DNA from: Phycisphaerae bacterium
GTDB lineage: Bacteria > Planctomycetota > Phycisphaerae > Sedimentisphaerales > Anaerobacaceae
Length of the DNA: 64,000 bases
NCBI GenBank assembly: GCA_018055905.1
Contig: JAGPGT010000001.1
Location: 1,075 to 65,074, forward strand
Reading direction: 5' to 3'
The first letter of the stretch is position 1. Each line of letters starts with the position of its first letter. Shown in pieces: positions 46,821 through 55,237 of this stretch. The position numbers and the translations under genes are program-made. The notes under the pieces are model-generated. The model saw only the letters and a list, made by a program, of their open reading frames with translations, made no database searches and was not told the origin of the DNA.

Positions 46821-48026
46821 TCACCGGTTTCTGATTGATTCGAGAGCGGTCAGAACCGGCTCGATCTTGAGTGAAGTCTTGTAGACGACGACTTGGTTTG
46901 TGATCTGGGCGTTTTCGCGAAGAGAGTCTTTCGGTACCGCCAGGAGAATCCTGTGTCGCTGGAATCGGCGAAGTGTCCGGCGTTTCTCTTCCAGATACTC
47001 GGGGGTCCAGAATCCGACGATTTCCAGGAAGACTTCGGTTCCATCGTCGTGGCGGAACGTGAAGTCCGGGACGAAGGTCGCCTGGTGTTCATGAAGGATG
47101 TCACCCTCACGGATGAGCCGCCATCCGTTGCGGGCTGGACCGAACTTGTCCCCGAAGGACTCTTCCAGGGCGGAATCGAACTCCTGCGGCGCGGGTAAGT
47201 GGCTGGTGAAGCGGTCGGCGTCAGAGATCAGGAGTTTTGCCGTCGCCTTCCAGGGCGTTTGCACCCTCGCGGCCAGCTCCCAGTCCTTGCAGGCCAGCAA
47301 CGCCGGAAGGAAACGGGCGAAGTTCACGCCGTAGCGTCGGGTCTCGCGAAGCACCGACGCTGGACCGGAGAACACGATTCGATAGCGGGACGGGCCCAGC
47401 CGCTCGATCTCGTGCAGCAGGCGAGCCAGCTTGGCGTAGCGGACGATGGTCTTGAGATCCCGCGTCGCCGTGACGACGACTCGCTCGGCGCGGTAGAGCG
47501 CCGCCTGGAGCTGCGCGACGTTGTAGCGGGAGAGAAACGTTCCGGCGTCGGGATAGCCGGGGAAGGACTCGAGTTGCTGGAACGCAAGGACATCGCTGTA
47601 GAGGGCGGCCTCGATCTGGTCCCATGGCATCCCCATTTTCTGCGCCAGTTTCGCCTTGGCCTGGGCCTCCTGGTGCTCGAACAGGCGGTCGGGCTCCTGG
47701 ACGAGCGGGTGCAGACGTGCGGCGAGAGAGAAGACTTCCAGCCGGAGCTTGGAGGCCTTGCCCGCGGGGTCGGCGTGGTAGACGGCGGCATCGTCGAGCA
47801 ACTTGCAGAAGGCCTGAATGCGTCGGACCGGACAGTCGGGCTCATCGGCGAAGATCGCTTCGATTGTCTTGTGCAAGTCGCGTCGCCGGCGGCCCGCGCC
47901 GTCGCGATAGACCGCCAGCATCCGCTCGGCGTAGTCGCGATAGTGCCGATGCGTCGCCTGCGTGAGCCGGTCGGGAATGGCCCGTCCGTCCTTATACTCG
48001 ACGGTGGACTGTTCGCTCGTAAGCAT
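46821..48026 (-). CDS. DUF790-family nuclease (Bax1-like, XPB partner)
   Basis: Overlaps the upstream helicase gene by 35 nt. C-terminal TFVPDFTFRHDDGTEVFLEIVGFWTPEYLEEKRRTL is the DUF790 PD-(D/E)xK-like nuclease core as I recall it. N-terminus MLTSE...GRAIPDRL is family-like. Confidence 0.65.
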   Translation of the reverse strand: MLTSEQSTVEYKDGRAIPDRLTQATHRHYRDYAERMLAVYRDGAGRRRRDLHKTIEAIFADEPDCPVRRIQAFCKLLDDAAVYHADPAGKASKLRLEVFSLAARLHPLVQEPDRLFEHQEAQAKAKLAQKMGMPWDQIEAALYSDVLAFQQLESFPGYPDAGTFLSRYNVAQLQAALYRAERVVVTATRDLKTIVRYAKLARLLHEIERLGPSRYRIVFSGPASVLRETRRYGVNFARFLPALLACKDWELAARVQTPWKATAKLLISDADRFTSHLPAPQEFDSALEESFGDKFGPARNGWRLIREGDILHEHQATFVPDFTFRHDDGTEVFLEIVGFWTPEYLEEKRRTLRRFQRHRILLAVPKDSLRENAQITNQVVVYKTSLKIEPVLTALESIRNR

Positions 48027-49410
48027 CGGTTCTTCGCCTCTTGCGGGATCGCTCGACGTCCTTGGTGTCCTCGCAGACCACTTCGTACAGAGTCGCTCTG
48101 GCGTCGCCTGTGCGTCGCAGGATCCGGCCGAGTCTCTGCGTGGCCTGGCGCGTCGAGGCCTGCCCTCCGATTACGACGGCGACCTTGGCCTCGGGTACAT
48201 CCACGCCCTCATCGAGCACGCGATTGGCCACCAGGACGGTGAACTGTCCTTTCGCGAACCCGTCGAGTACGGCCAGACGCTCGCGCTTGGGCGTGTGCGA
48301 GAGAATAGCGGGCACCAGGAACCGCTTGGAGACCTCAACCGCCATCGCGTTGGAGCCCGCGAAGACGATCATCGGCTGGCCGACGTGCAGGCGAAAAAGG
48401 TCCTCCAGGACACGGAGCTTCTCGGCGGCCCGGTCCTCGATGGATTGCTTGAGGTAGTAGGCCTTCTGCGCGTGGCGGGCCTGCGGGTCCTTGCCCATTT
48501 CCTTGCACAGGTCCTGCCACGAGTAGCCCGGCTGCTCCTTTCGCCGGGAGGTGATGAAGTGCCGCACGACCCGGCTGCACTGGTCGTACGTCGCCTGCTC
48601 GACGTCGGTCAGCGCCACCGGGATGCGGACCACGTCGAAGTCCGCCAGCGTGGAGCCCCGCACGTGCTTAAACGACAGGTTGTACGCAACCGGACCGACG
48701 AGCCAGTCGAGGTCCGCGTGGAGGCCGTCCGACCGCTCGGGCGTCGCGGTCAGTCCCAGGCGCATCGGCGCGGCGCTGAGAATCGCGGCCTCCCGCCGGC
48801 ACCGTCCGGGAAGGTGATGCTCCTCGTCGAAGATCAGCAGGCCGAAGCCGGCGCCCATCTTGTCCATGTGGATGTACGCGCTGTCGTACGTCGTCACGGT
48901 CACCGGACGGATGTCGAACGTGGTGTCGCCGACGATGCCGGCGTCGTAACCGAACGTTTTGAGGATGCGGCGGTGCCACTGGTACATCAGGTCCCGTACG
49001 GGCGCCACGACCAGCGTCGCCACCTGCGACTCGGCCATCGCGGCAAAGGCCACCTCCGTCTTGCCGGTCCCTGTGGGCATGACGATCTGTCCTCGTCGGC
49101 CCGTCCGAATCCAGGCCGCCAACGCTTCGGCCTGCTCGGTCCGGGGCTCCGGCAGATCCCTCTTCGGCCACAAGACCCGGACCGGCGTCGGCAATTCATC
49201 GTGAAAGCCCGCTCCGAACCGGCGGTTTAGCGTCGCCCGCACGGTCGCATAATGAATTGCATCGCACCGCCAGGCCCCGACGCGGGCGTCCCATTTCCAC
49301 ACCGACCCCTCGGGCAAAGCACAGAGCTCCCGCGGCTGCAGTCCGTTCAACAGGAGCGTGCCGCGATCGAAGGAAAGAACGACCCGTGTTTGCATTCTGC
49401 TTTCAGCCAT
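47992..49410 (-). CDS. XPB/ERCC3/Rad25-like superfamily 2 DNA helicase
   Basis: N-terminal LSFDRGTLLL (XPB damage-recognition-domain-like). Walker A MPTGTGKT, DEEH box (LLIFDEEHHLP), GLTATPERSDG, helicase C motifs VLVANRVLDEGVDVPEA and QRLGRILR. Confidence 0.8.
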   Translation of the reverse strand: MAESRMQTRVVLSFDRGTLLLNGLQPRELCALPEGSVWKWDARVGAWRCDAIHYATVRATLNRRFGAGFHDELPTPVRVLWPKRDLPEPRTEQAEALAAWIRTGRRGQIVMPTGTGKTEVAFAAMAESQVATLVVAPVRDLMYQWHRRILKTFGYDAGIVGDTTFDIRPVTVTTYDSAYIHMDKMGAGFGLLIFDEEHHLPGRCRREAAILSAAPMRLGLTATPERSDGLHADLDWLVGPVAYNLSFKHVRGSTLADFDVVRIPVALTDVEQATYDQCSRVVRHFITSRRKEQPGYSWQDLCKEMGKDPQARHAQKAYYLKQSIEDRAAEKLRVLEDLFRLHVGQPMIVFAGSNAMAVEVSKRFLVPAILSHTPKRERLAVLDGFAKGQFTVLVANRVLDEGVDVPEAKVAVVIGGQASTRQATQRLGRILRRTGDARATLYEVVCEDTKDVERSRKRRRTDAYERTVHRRV

Positions 49411-49576
49411 CGTGACCGATCATAACAGAACCCCAGCTCCATTTCCACGCCTGCCGCGAACGAACCACGACGCCTGTGGTTTGCGGATGCAATTTCTCCA
49501 GGGCCAAACGGGGATCGGCGGGTGAACCAGGATCCAGACCATCATCTGATGAGGTCTTTGCTGAGTACTTTTCCTA

Positions 49577-49605
49577 TTGGCGCAACGGCCGATTGTTGAT
49601 ATACT
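49577..49605 (+). promoter_or_regulatory. Candidate promoter TTGGCG-N17-TATACT upstream of the LRR gene
   Basis: TTGGCG 49577-49582, a 17-nt spacer, TATACT 49600-49605. Would give an unusually long (~325 nt) leader before ATG 49936. Confidence 0.35.
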
Positions 49606-49935
49606 AAGTAGATAGTTCTGGATTGGAACGACACAGAACGTGAGTTGTGCTTCGACGACGACCGTTCCTCGGGGCGAAGATCCAAGGCAGGGTCGCAGAA
49701 CCTCCCTGGAGAGGAAGGGGTGGGGATCGGTCGGGTCCCCGCAACCCACGTCTGTGGTTATACATGGCGGTTCAGTCAGGCATCACCGTGCCGGGAGGCG
49801 GGTGGGGATTGTCGTGTGTTCGATGCGTACCGCCGAGACTTCGATCTCGACAACGCTCCGACCGCGGAGGTGACCCTTTCCACGCATCCGGCGGACTGTC
49901 TTGCGGACCTTCGTTGCATTGTCGGGAGTCTTCCC

Positions 49936-51927
49936 ATGACACGATTGCTGCTGTCGTCGATTCTGCTGTTGGGGTGGGTCGGACTTGGGCAGGCGGAAAC
50001 GCCCGTCACGTTCAGCGACGCCCGTCTGAAGGAACTCGTGGAGGAGGAGCTGTGGGTCCATGACCCGACGCCCTCGGACATGTTGGGGCTGATCGGATTG
50101 ACCGCCAATTCCCAGAATATCACGAGCCTGACGGGTCTGGAGCACGCCAAGAACCTGGTCACCCTGGAAATGACGCACAATCGCGTGAGCAGCCTGAGCC
50201 CGTTGGCGGGACTGCCCAACCTGTCGGTGATCGTCTTCAACACCAATGAGATCAGCGACCTGAGCCCGCTGAGCGGATTGAAGAGTCTGACCATCGCGAA
50301 TCTGCACGCCAATCGAATCAGCGACGTTTCGCCGCTGGCGGGACTGCCCAATCTCCACACGCTGATCCTGCGGGTCAACCAGATCAGCGAGATCTCGTCG
50401 CTGACCGATTTACCCAGCCTCAAGACTTTGCACCTGGAGGACAATCAGATATCGAGCCTTGAGGGAATCAGCAGACTGTCGAACCTTCGCGAATTACAGG
50501 TCGGATTCAATCGCATCAGCGATCTGAGCCCCGTGTGCGGCTTGAAGAACCTGTCGTATCTGGACGTCCACAACAACCAGGTGCGCGACATCTCGTGCCT
50601 GACCCGCCTGACGTCCCTCCGCAGGCTGGACCTGCGCAACAACCCGCTCAATCAGAGCGCCTACGACGAGTACCTCCCGCAGATCCAGGCGAACAACCCC
50701 GGCATCTACATCGAACGAGACTCCCACGCCGGACACGTTCTTCGAGTCACCTCGACCGCCGGCGGGGCCGTGATCGATCCGGGGGAAGGTGAATTCGGAT
50801 ACGACTACAACGCCGCCGTCCGCTTGGAGGCCAAAGCTGATCCCGGCTTCAAATTCGCGGGCTGGTCCGGGAGCTATTCCAGCACGCAGAACCCGATGTT
50901 TGTCACCCTCACCTCCGACGCGTCTGTCCGGGCGACTTTCGTCAGCCTGTGGACCGAGATCTATGTGGACGACGATGCGCCGGGCGATCCCAAGCCATTC
51001 GACAGTCAGGCGAGCGATCCCTTGGAGAACGGGACTTTTCTACATCCGTTCGACCGAATTCAGGAGGCGTTGGACGTCGCGGCCGACGGCACTTCGATCA
51101 TCGTCGCGCCGGGGGTCTACCGAGAGAACATCGATCTGCTGGGTAAGAAGGTGTACCTCACCGCGATCGACCTGCAGAATCCCCACGGGGGGCCCTGCGC
51201 CGTGATCGAGGGCCAGGGTAACGGCCCGGTCGTACGCATTCGCCCCGGCAGCGGCGACAAATGCAGCCTGGTCGGATTCGTCATCACCAAGGGCACAGGC
51301 TACCCGGCCGGGGCGATCGACTGCACCGGCGCCAGCCCCACGCTGGCCAACTGCCTGATCGTGGGCAATCGATGTTTGGATTCCGGTGGAGCCGCCTTGC
51401 GTTTCGAGAACAGCCAGGCCGTGCTGATCCATTGCACGATCGCCGACAACGATGCGGGGTTTGAGGGAGCGGCTCTGACGCTGATCGACAGCAATATCAC
51501 CATGACCAACTCCATCCTCTGGGGGAACAGTCCCCAGGAAATCGCCAAGACCATCGCCAGCAAGCCTCTCATTCGTTACTGCGCCGTTCGAGGTTGGTGG
51601 CCCGACTTAGGCAACCTTCATGCAGACCCTCTCTTCGCCGTCCGCGGCGTCTGGGTGAACCGAGACAAACCGGAAGAAACGCTGGATTCGCAGAACGTGC
51701 GGGCTATTTGGACAGGGGGCGATTACCACCTTAAATCCTTGGCGGGTCGTTGGGACCCGGTGGCCGGGACCTGGATTTCAGACGCATTGACCAGCCCCTG
51801 TATTGACAGCGGAGATCCCCAGAGCCCGATCGCCCACGAGCCCATGCCCCACGGCAACATTGTCAATATGGGTGCCTACGGAGGCACGACCGAAGCCAGT
51901 AAGAGCCCGGCGGACCCTCGCTTGTAG
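49936..51927 (+). CDS. Secreted leucine-rich-repeat protein (internalin-like 22-aa LRRs) + InlB-B-repeat-like domain + right-handed beta-helix (DUF1565-like)
   Basis: GGGAG 7 nt upstream. Signal peptide MTRLLLSSILLLGWVGLGQA. About 9 repeats L.GL.NL..L.L..N.ISDLSPL. GYDYNAAVRLEAKADPGFKFAGWSG. IYVDDDAPGD...HPFDRIQEALDVAADGTSIIVAPGVYRENI. Confidence 0.8.
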   Translation: MTRLLLSSILLLGWVGLGQAETPVTFSDARLKELVEEELWVHDPTPSDMLGLIGLTANSQNITSLTGLEHAKNLVTLEMTHNRVSSLSPLAGLPNLSVIVFNTNEISDLSPLSGLKSLTIANLHANRISDVSPLAGLPNLHTLILRVNQISEISSLTDLPSLKTLHLEDNQISSLEGISRLSNLRELQVGFNRISDLSPVCGLKNLSYLDVHNNQVRDISCLTRLTSLRRLDLRNNPLNQSAYDEYLPQIQANNPGIYIERDSHAGHVLRVTSTAGGAVIDPGEGEFGYDYNAAVRLEAKADPGFKFAGWSGSYSSTQNPMFVTLTSDASVRATFVSLWTEIYVDDDAPGDPKPFDSQASDPLENGTFLHPFDRIQEALDVAADGTSIIVAPGVYRENIDLLGKKVYLTAIDLQNPHGGPCAVIEGQGNGPVVRIRPGSGDKCSLVGFVITKGTGYPAGAIDCTGASPTLANCLIVGNRCLDSGGAALRFENSQAVLIHCTIADNDAGFEGAALTLIDSNITMTNSILWGNSPQEIAKTIASKPLIRYCAVRGWWPDLGNLHADPLFAVRGVWVNRDKPEETLDSQNVRAIWTGGDYHLKSLAGRWDPVAGTWISDALTSPCIDSGDPQSPIAHEPMPHGNIVNMGAYGGTTEASKSPADPRL

Positions 51928-51999
51928 GGTTTTGGGTCGGCTGACCGATCTTTCTCAAGGCGCTCGTATGTGCCTCCTCGAATTGGGGATCTGCGAAGG

Positions 52000-53085
52000 C
52001 TAGAACGACATGGGAACGCTCACGTCGTAGGGAGGTCCCTCCAGGGCCGCGTCGATGATCATCTGCAGCAACTGGGGATACTGGATCCCGGCTCTCTCTG
52101 CCGAGCGGGCCAAGGCGACGCCCTCCTCCAAAGAGGCGTTGCAGTTCACCTCCAGGACTCTCGGCACGCCGGCTTCGTCCAGACGGATGTCGACCCGGCT
52201 ATATCCCCAGGACCTGACCGCTCGAAAGGCGCGGATCGCAATGTCGCTGATCTGCTGAGCCAGCTGGGGCTCCACCTCCGCCGGACAGATCACCGACGTC
52301 TTTTTGTACTCCACCGACGTTTCGATCCATTTGGCCGCATACGACATGATCGGCGGAATCTCGGGGGGCAGCTCTCCATAGTTGACTTCCGCCAGCGGCA
52401 TCACACGCGGGCGTTTGCCTCCGACGATGCCCACGTTGAATTCCCGGCCGGGCAGAAACCGCTGGACGAGGGCAGGCTGATTGAAATTCCGCAAGACATG
52501 TCCCACTTGCCGTCGCAAGGCCTTCTTCGATGTTACGATGGAATCCCGATCCAGACCGATGCCCGAATGTTCCTGGCTGGGCTGAACGATCAGTGGAAAC
52601 TTCCAGTCGTGCCGGTCTACGTCGCCGACCTTTTCCAACAATGCCGTACACGGCGGGATCGGAATTCCCAGGCCATGGAGCAGACTGGCGGACATGTACT
52701 TATAGCGACTCAGCCCCAGCGCCAGAGCCGGTGAGCCGGTGAGGGGAAAACCCATCATTCGCACCATCGCGGCAAATCGCATTTCATACAGAGCGCCATG
52801 CACCACATCGTCGTATTGATTGAACACCACGTCGGGGGACAGACGACGAAGTTTGCGTTGAAAAGCGAACAGGTCGTGCGCCAGCGGAAGAATTGTGACC
52901 TGATGTCCCAGCGATCGCAGCGCTCTCGCCATGTCGCGGATCATGTTCCTTAGGTCGGAAGTGCTACCCCGATCCTCCGGCGTATCCGGAATGATCCCGG
53001 TGTCTGCGTTGTAGACCAAGGCTACGTGGAGAGGTTTTTTCGATCGTCTGGGCCGTTTCGGCATATTGTCGTCCTTGTTCTGCAT
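52000..53085 (-). CDS. ATP-grasp ligase of the D-alanine--D-alanine ligase family (substrate not determinable)
   Basis: LHVALVYNAD..., PDVVFNQYDD, GFPLTGSPALALGLSRYKYMSASLL, LIVQPSQEHSGIG, VQRFLPGREFNVGIVG, YSRVDIRLDEAGVPRVLEVNCN. Start is ATG 53085 or 53064. Confidence 0.75.
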   Translation of the reverse strand: MQNKDDNMPKRPRRSKKPLHVALVYNADTGIIPDTPEDRGSTSDLRNMIRDMARALRSLGHQVTILPLAHDLFAFQRKLRRLSPDVVFNQYDDVVHGALYEMRFAAMVRMMGFPLTGSPALALGLSRYKYMSASLLHGLGIPIPPCTALLEKVGDVDRHDWKFPLIVQPSQEHSGIGLDRDSIVTSKKALRRQVGHVLRNFNQPALVQRFLPGREFNVGIVGGKRPRVMPLAEVNYGELPPEIPPIMSYAAKWIETSVEYKKTSVICPAEVEPQLAQQISDIAIRAFRAVRSWGYSRVDIRLDEAGVPRVLEVNCNASLEEGVALARSAERAGIQYPQLLQMIIDAALEGPPYDVSVPMSF

Positions 53086-53575
53086 GATCGGCCGGGCAGA
53101 GTCGCCTTCGCTCGGAAAGTGCGGAGACCGCCACAACTCACCAGGTTGGCGTGCCGCAGAAGAAGCTCTGTCATGGGATACAGCCTGTATTTGCATTATG
53201 CAGCCCCGGATCAAGGTCGTCAACCTCGATACTCGAGCTCTCTTTTTTTCTGCGGGCGCCGGCGTTACCACATACCTATCCATGTCCTGAATTCATAGCA
53301 TGAACAACCGGACGAGAATTCTATTTTGCCACCTTCGTTCCCCTTCCTTTTCTTTGCATCGACTGTCGGTGGTTCTTACGGGGAGCGTCATTCTCAGCAG
53401 GACCTCGGGGGTCGGATTTCCGACATCTTCAACGAACCGGGAAACTGTCGAGGGGTGAATGGGCGGGGATGAAGAGGATTTTGTCGTTTCCGTCGACCTC
53501 GCGATTACAGCACGTGCACGGACGGAATTCAAAAGAGGATTCGTGGAGACGGGCCGTTTGGGGGGGGCTATTTGT

Positions 53576-53623
53576 GTCCCATTCGTCCCACAGGACGGAT
53601 GGAATCTATGGGACGAATGGGAC
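53576..53623. promoter_or_regulatory. Perfect 15-bp inverted repeat GTCCCATTCGTCCCA-N18-TGGGACGAATGGGAC (hairpin or operator)
   Basis: Arms at 53576-53590 and 53609-53623. Each arm itself contains GTCCCA twice. Lies 29 nt downstream of the aminotransferase stop. No U-tract follows on the minus strand; a G8/C8 run at 53560-53567 is adjacent. Confidence 0.5.
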
Positions 53624-53651
53624 CGATGTGGCGCACGTGCCGTGCGGTTGC

Positions 53652-54893
53652 TCACTTCTTCGCGGCTCGGGCCTTGCGAACGGGACGCTGCTGCACGTAC
53701 CGGCTGATGTTTCGGATCGCCTGGCGGAGACGCTGTTCGTTCTCGACCAGGGCGATGCGGAAGTAACCTTCGCCGTTTTCGCCAAAGGCCCGGCCGGGAC
53801 TGATCGCGACCTCTGCGTGTTCCATGAGGTCCATCGCGTAATCAATCGTGCCTTTGCCGTTGAGGTGTTCTTCCGCAGCCTTGGTCCACACGAACATGCT
53901 GGCCCGGGGCTTTTCGACCTGCCAGCCGAGTCGTTGGAGGCCATCACAGACGACGTCCCGCCGACTCTGGTACTTGGCGTTCTGGGCATCGATGTCCTTA
54001 TCGCAGTGACGCATCGCGATGATTCCTGCGATCTGGATCGCCTGGAAGATGCCATAATCGTAGTAGCCCTTGATGGTGGCCAGGTAGTCGATCATCTGTT
54101 TGTTGCCTGCCACGAACCCGACGCGGAAGCCCGCCATGCTGTAGGGCTTGCTCATCGTCGTGAACTCGACGCCGACGTCTTTGGCGCCCTTGGTCGAGAG
54201 GAAACTGGGGGCTTTGTAGCCGTCGAAAAGGGTCTCACCGTAAGCGAAGTCGTGGATGACCTGGAACTTGAAGTACTTGGCCAGATCCACCACCGGCTCG
54301 AAGAAACCCGGATCGACCGTCATGGCGGTGGGGTTGTGGGGATAATTCAGGATCAGTAGTTTAGGCTTGGGGAACAGGGTCTCGCACACCATCGCGATGG
54401 TGTCGAGGAACTTCTGGTCGTTGCCCAGAGGAACAGTGATGACGTTGGCGCCGGCCAGGATTACGCCGTAGTTGTGAATCGGAAAGGCCGGGTCGGGCAC
54501 AATAGCAGTGTCGCCCGGTCCCAGCAGGGCCAAACACATGTGGCTGAAGCCTTCCTTGGATCCGATGCAAGCGAGGACCTCGGTGTCCGGGTCGAGATCG
54601 ACGCCCCATTTTCGGGCGTACTTCTTAGCCATCTCGCCACGGAGGTTCTTGATCCCCTTGGAGGCGCTGTAGCGATGGTTGCGCGGGTCCTTGGCGGCCT
54701 CGCAGAGTTTCTCGACCACGATCTGAGGGGCCGGGTCCATTGGATTGCCCATGCCCAGATCGATGATATCTTCGCCCTTCTGCCGTCGGGCGTGCCGCAT
54801 CGCATTCAGACGTCCGAACAGATAAGGCGGCAAACGGGTGACCCGTTCTGCCGGTTTGATGATGTATTCCTCGTTGTTGGTGCCTTTTTTCAT
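53652..54893 (-). CDS. alaC: Class I/II PLP aminotransferase, AlaC (glutamate-pyruvate aminotransferase)-like
   Basis: Long collinear similarity to my recollection of E. coli AlaC/YfdZ: RLPPYLFGRLN...GEDIIDLGMGNP..P.P..VVEKLC, IGSKEGFSH, PDPAFPIH, NYPHNPTA, SKPYSMAGFRVGF, ALVENEQRLRQA. ATG 54893 preferred; TTG 54950 is an alternative. Confidence 0.75.
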   Translation of the reverse strand: MKKGTNNEEYIIKPAERVTRLPPYLFGRLNAMRHARRQKGEDIIDLGMGNPMDPAPQIVVEKLCEAAKDPRNHRYSASKGIKNLRGEMAKKYARKWGVDLDPDTEVLACIGSKEGFSHMCLALLGPGDTAIVPDPAFPIHNYGVILAGANVITVPLGNDQKFLDTIAMVCETLFPKPKLLILNYPHNPTAMTVDPGFFEPVVDLAKYFKFQVIHDFAYGETLFDGYKAPSFLSTKGAKDVGVEFTTMSKPYSMAGFRVGFVAGNKQMIDYLATIKGYYDYGIFQAIQIAGIIAMRHCDKDIDAQNAKYQSRRDVVCDGLQRLGWQVEKPRASMFVWTKAAEEHLNGKGTIDYAMDLMEHAEVAISPGRAFGENGEGYFRIALVENEQRLRQAIRNISRYVQQRPVRKARAAKK

Positions 54894-55237
54894 AGTCGGA
54901 ACCTGTAATCCTGCGTTTCGTTCTGCCTGCGGGTCGTTTGAGTTTTCCAAACCGACCGACCGGTTGCATATTCTATCACAATTCCTGCAAATCCTACAAT
55001 CCCACTCGACTGAATTGTGCTATTTCCCCTATATTGTTCGATGCTCTCTGTCCACTAATTACCACTGCTATCCTTCGGTCGGAGCGACCTTGCATCTATA
55101 GTTATTCCGGTAAGAAACCGTGGTACGTTACTTTGCAGCCCCCCGTGAAATGGGATGTTCTTTGGAGGGCCGATGCCGCCGCGAGCCAGAATGCAGCAGG
55201 GACATTCCCAACGAAGGTTCCCCTCGTGTCTTTCCCG

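Noticed and set aside
47199-49230. Plus-strand ORFs 47199..48242 and 47962..49230 (347 and 422 aa)
   Set aside because: Antisense to the DUF790 and XPB-like helicase genes, which carry clear motifs.
53293-53655. 120-aa minus-strand ORF whose GTG start overlaps the aminotransferase stop (GTGA), suggesting translational coupling
   Set aside because: Ser/Arg/Pro/Thr-rich with no motif. Third-position GC is clearly lower than in neighbouring genes. It reads straight through the 15-bp inverted repeat and the C8 run. More likely non-coding.
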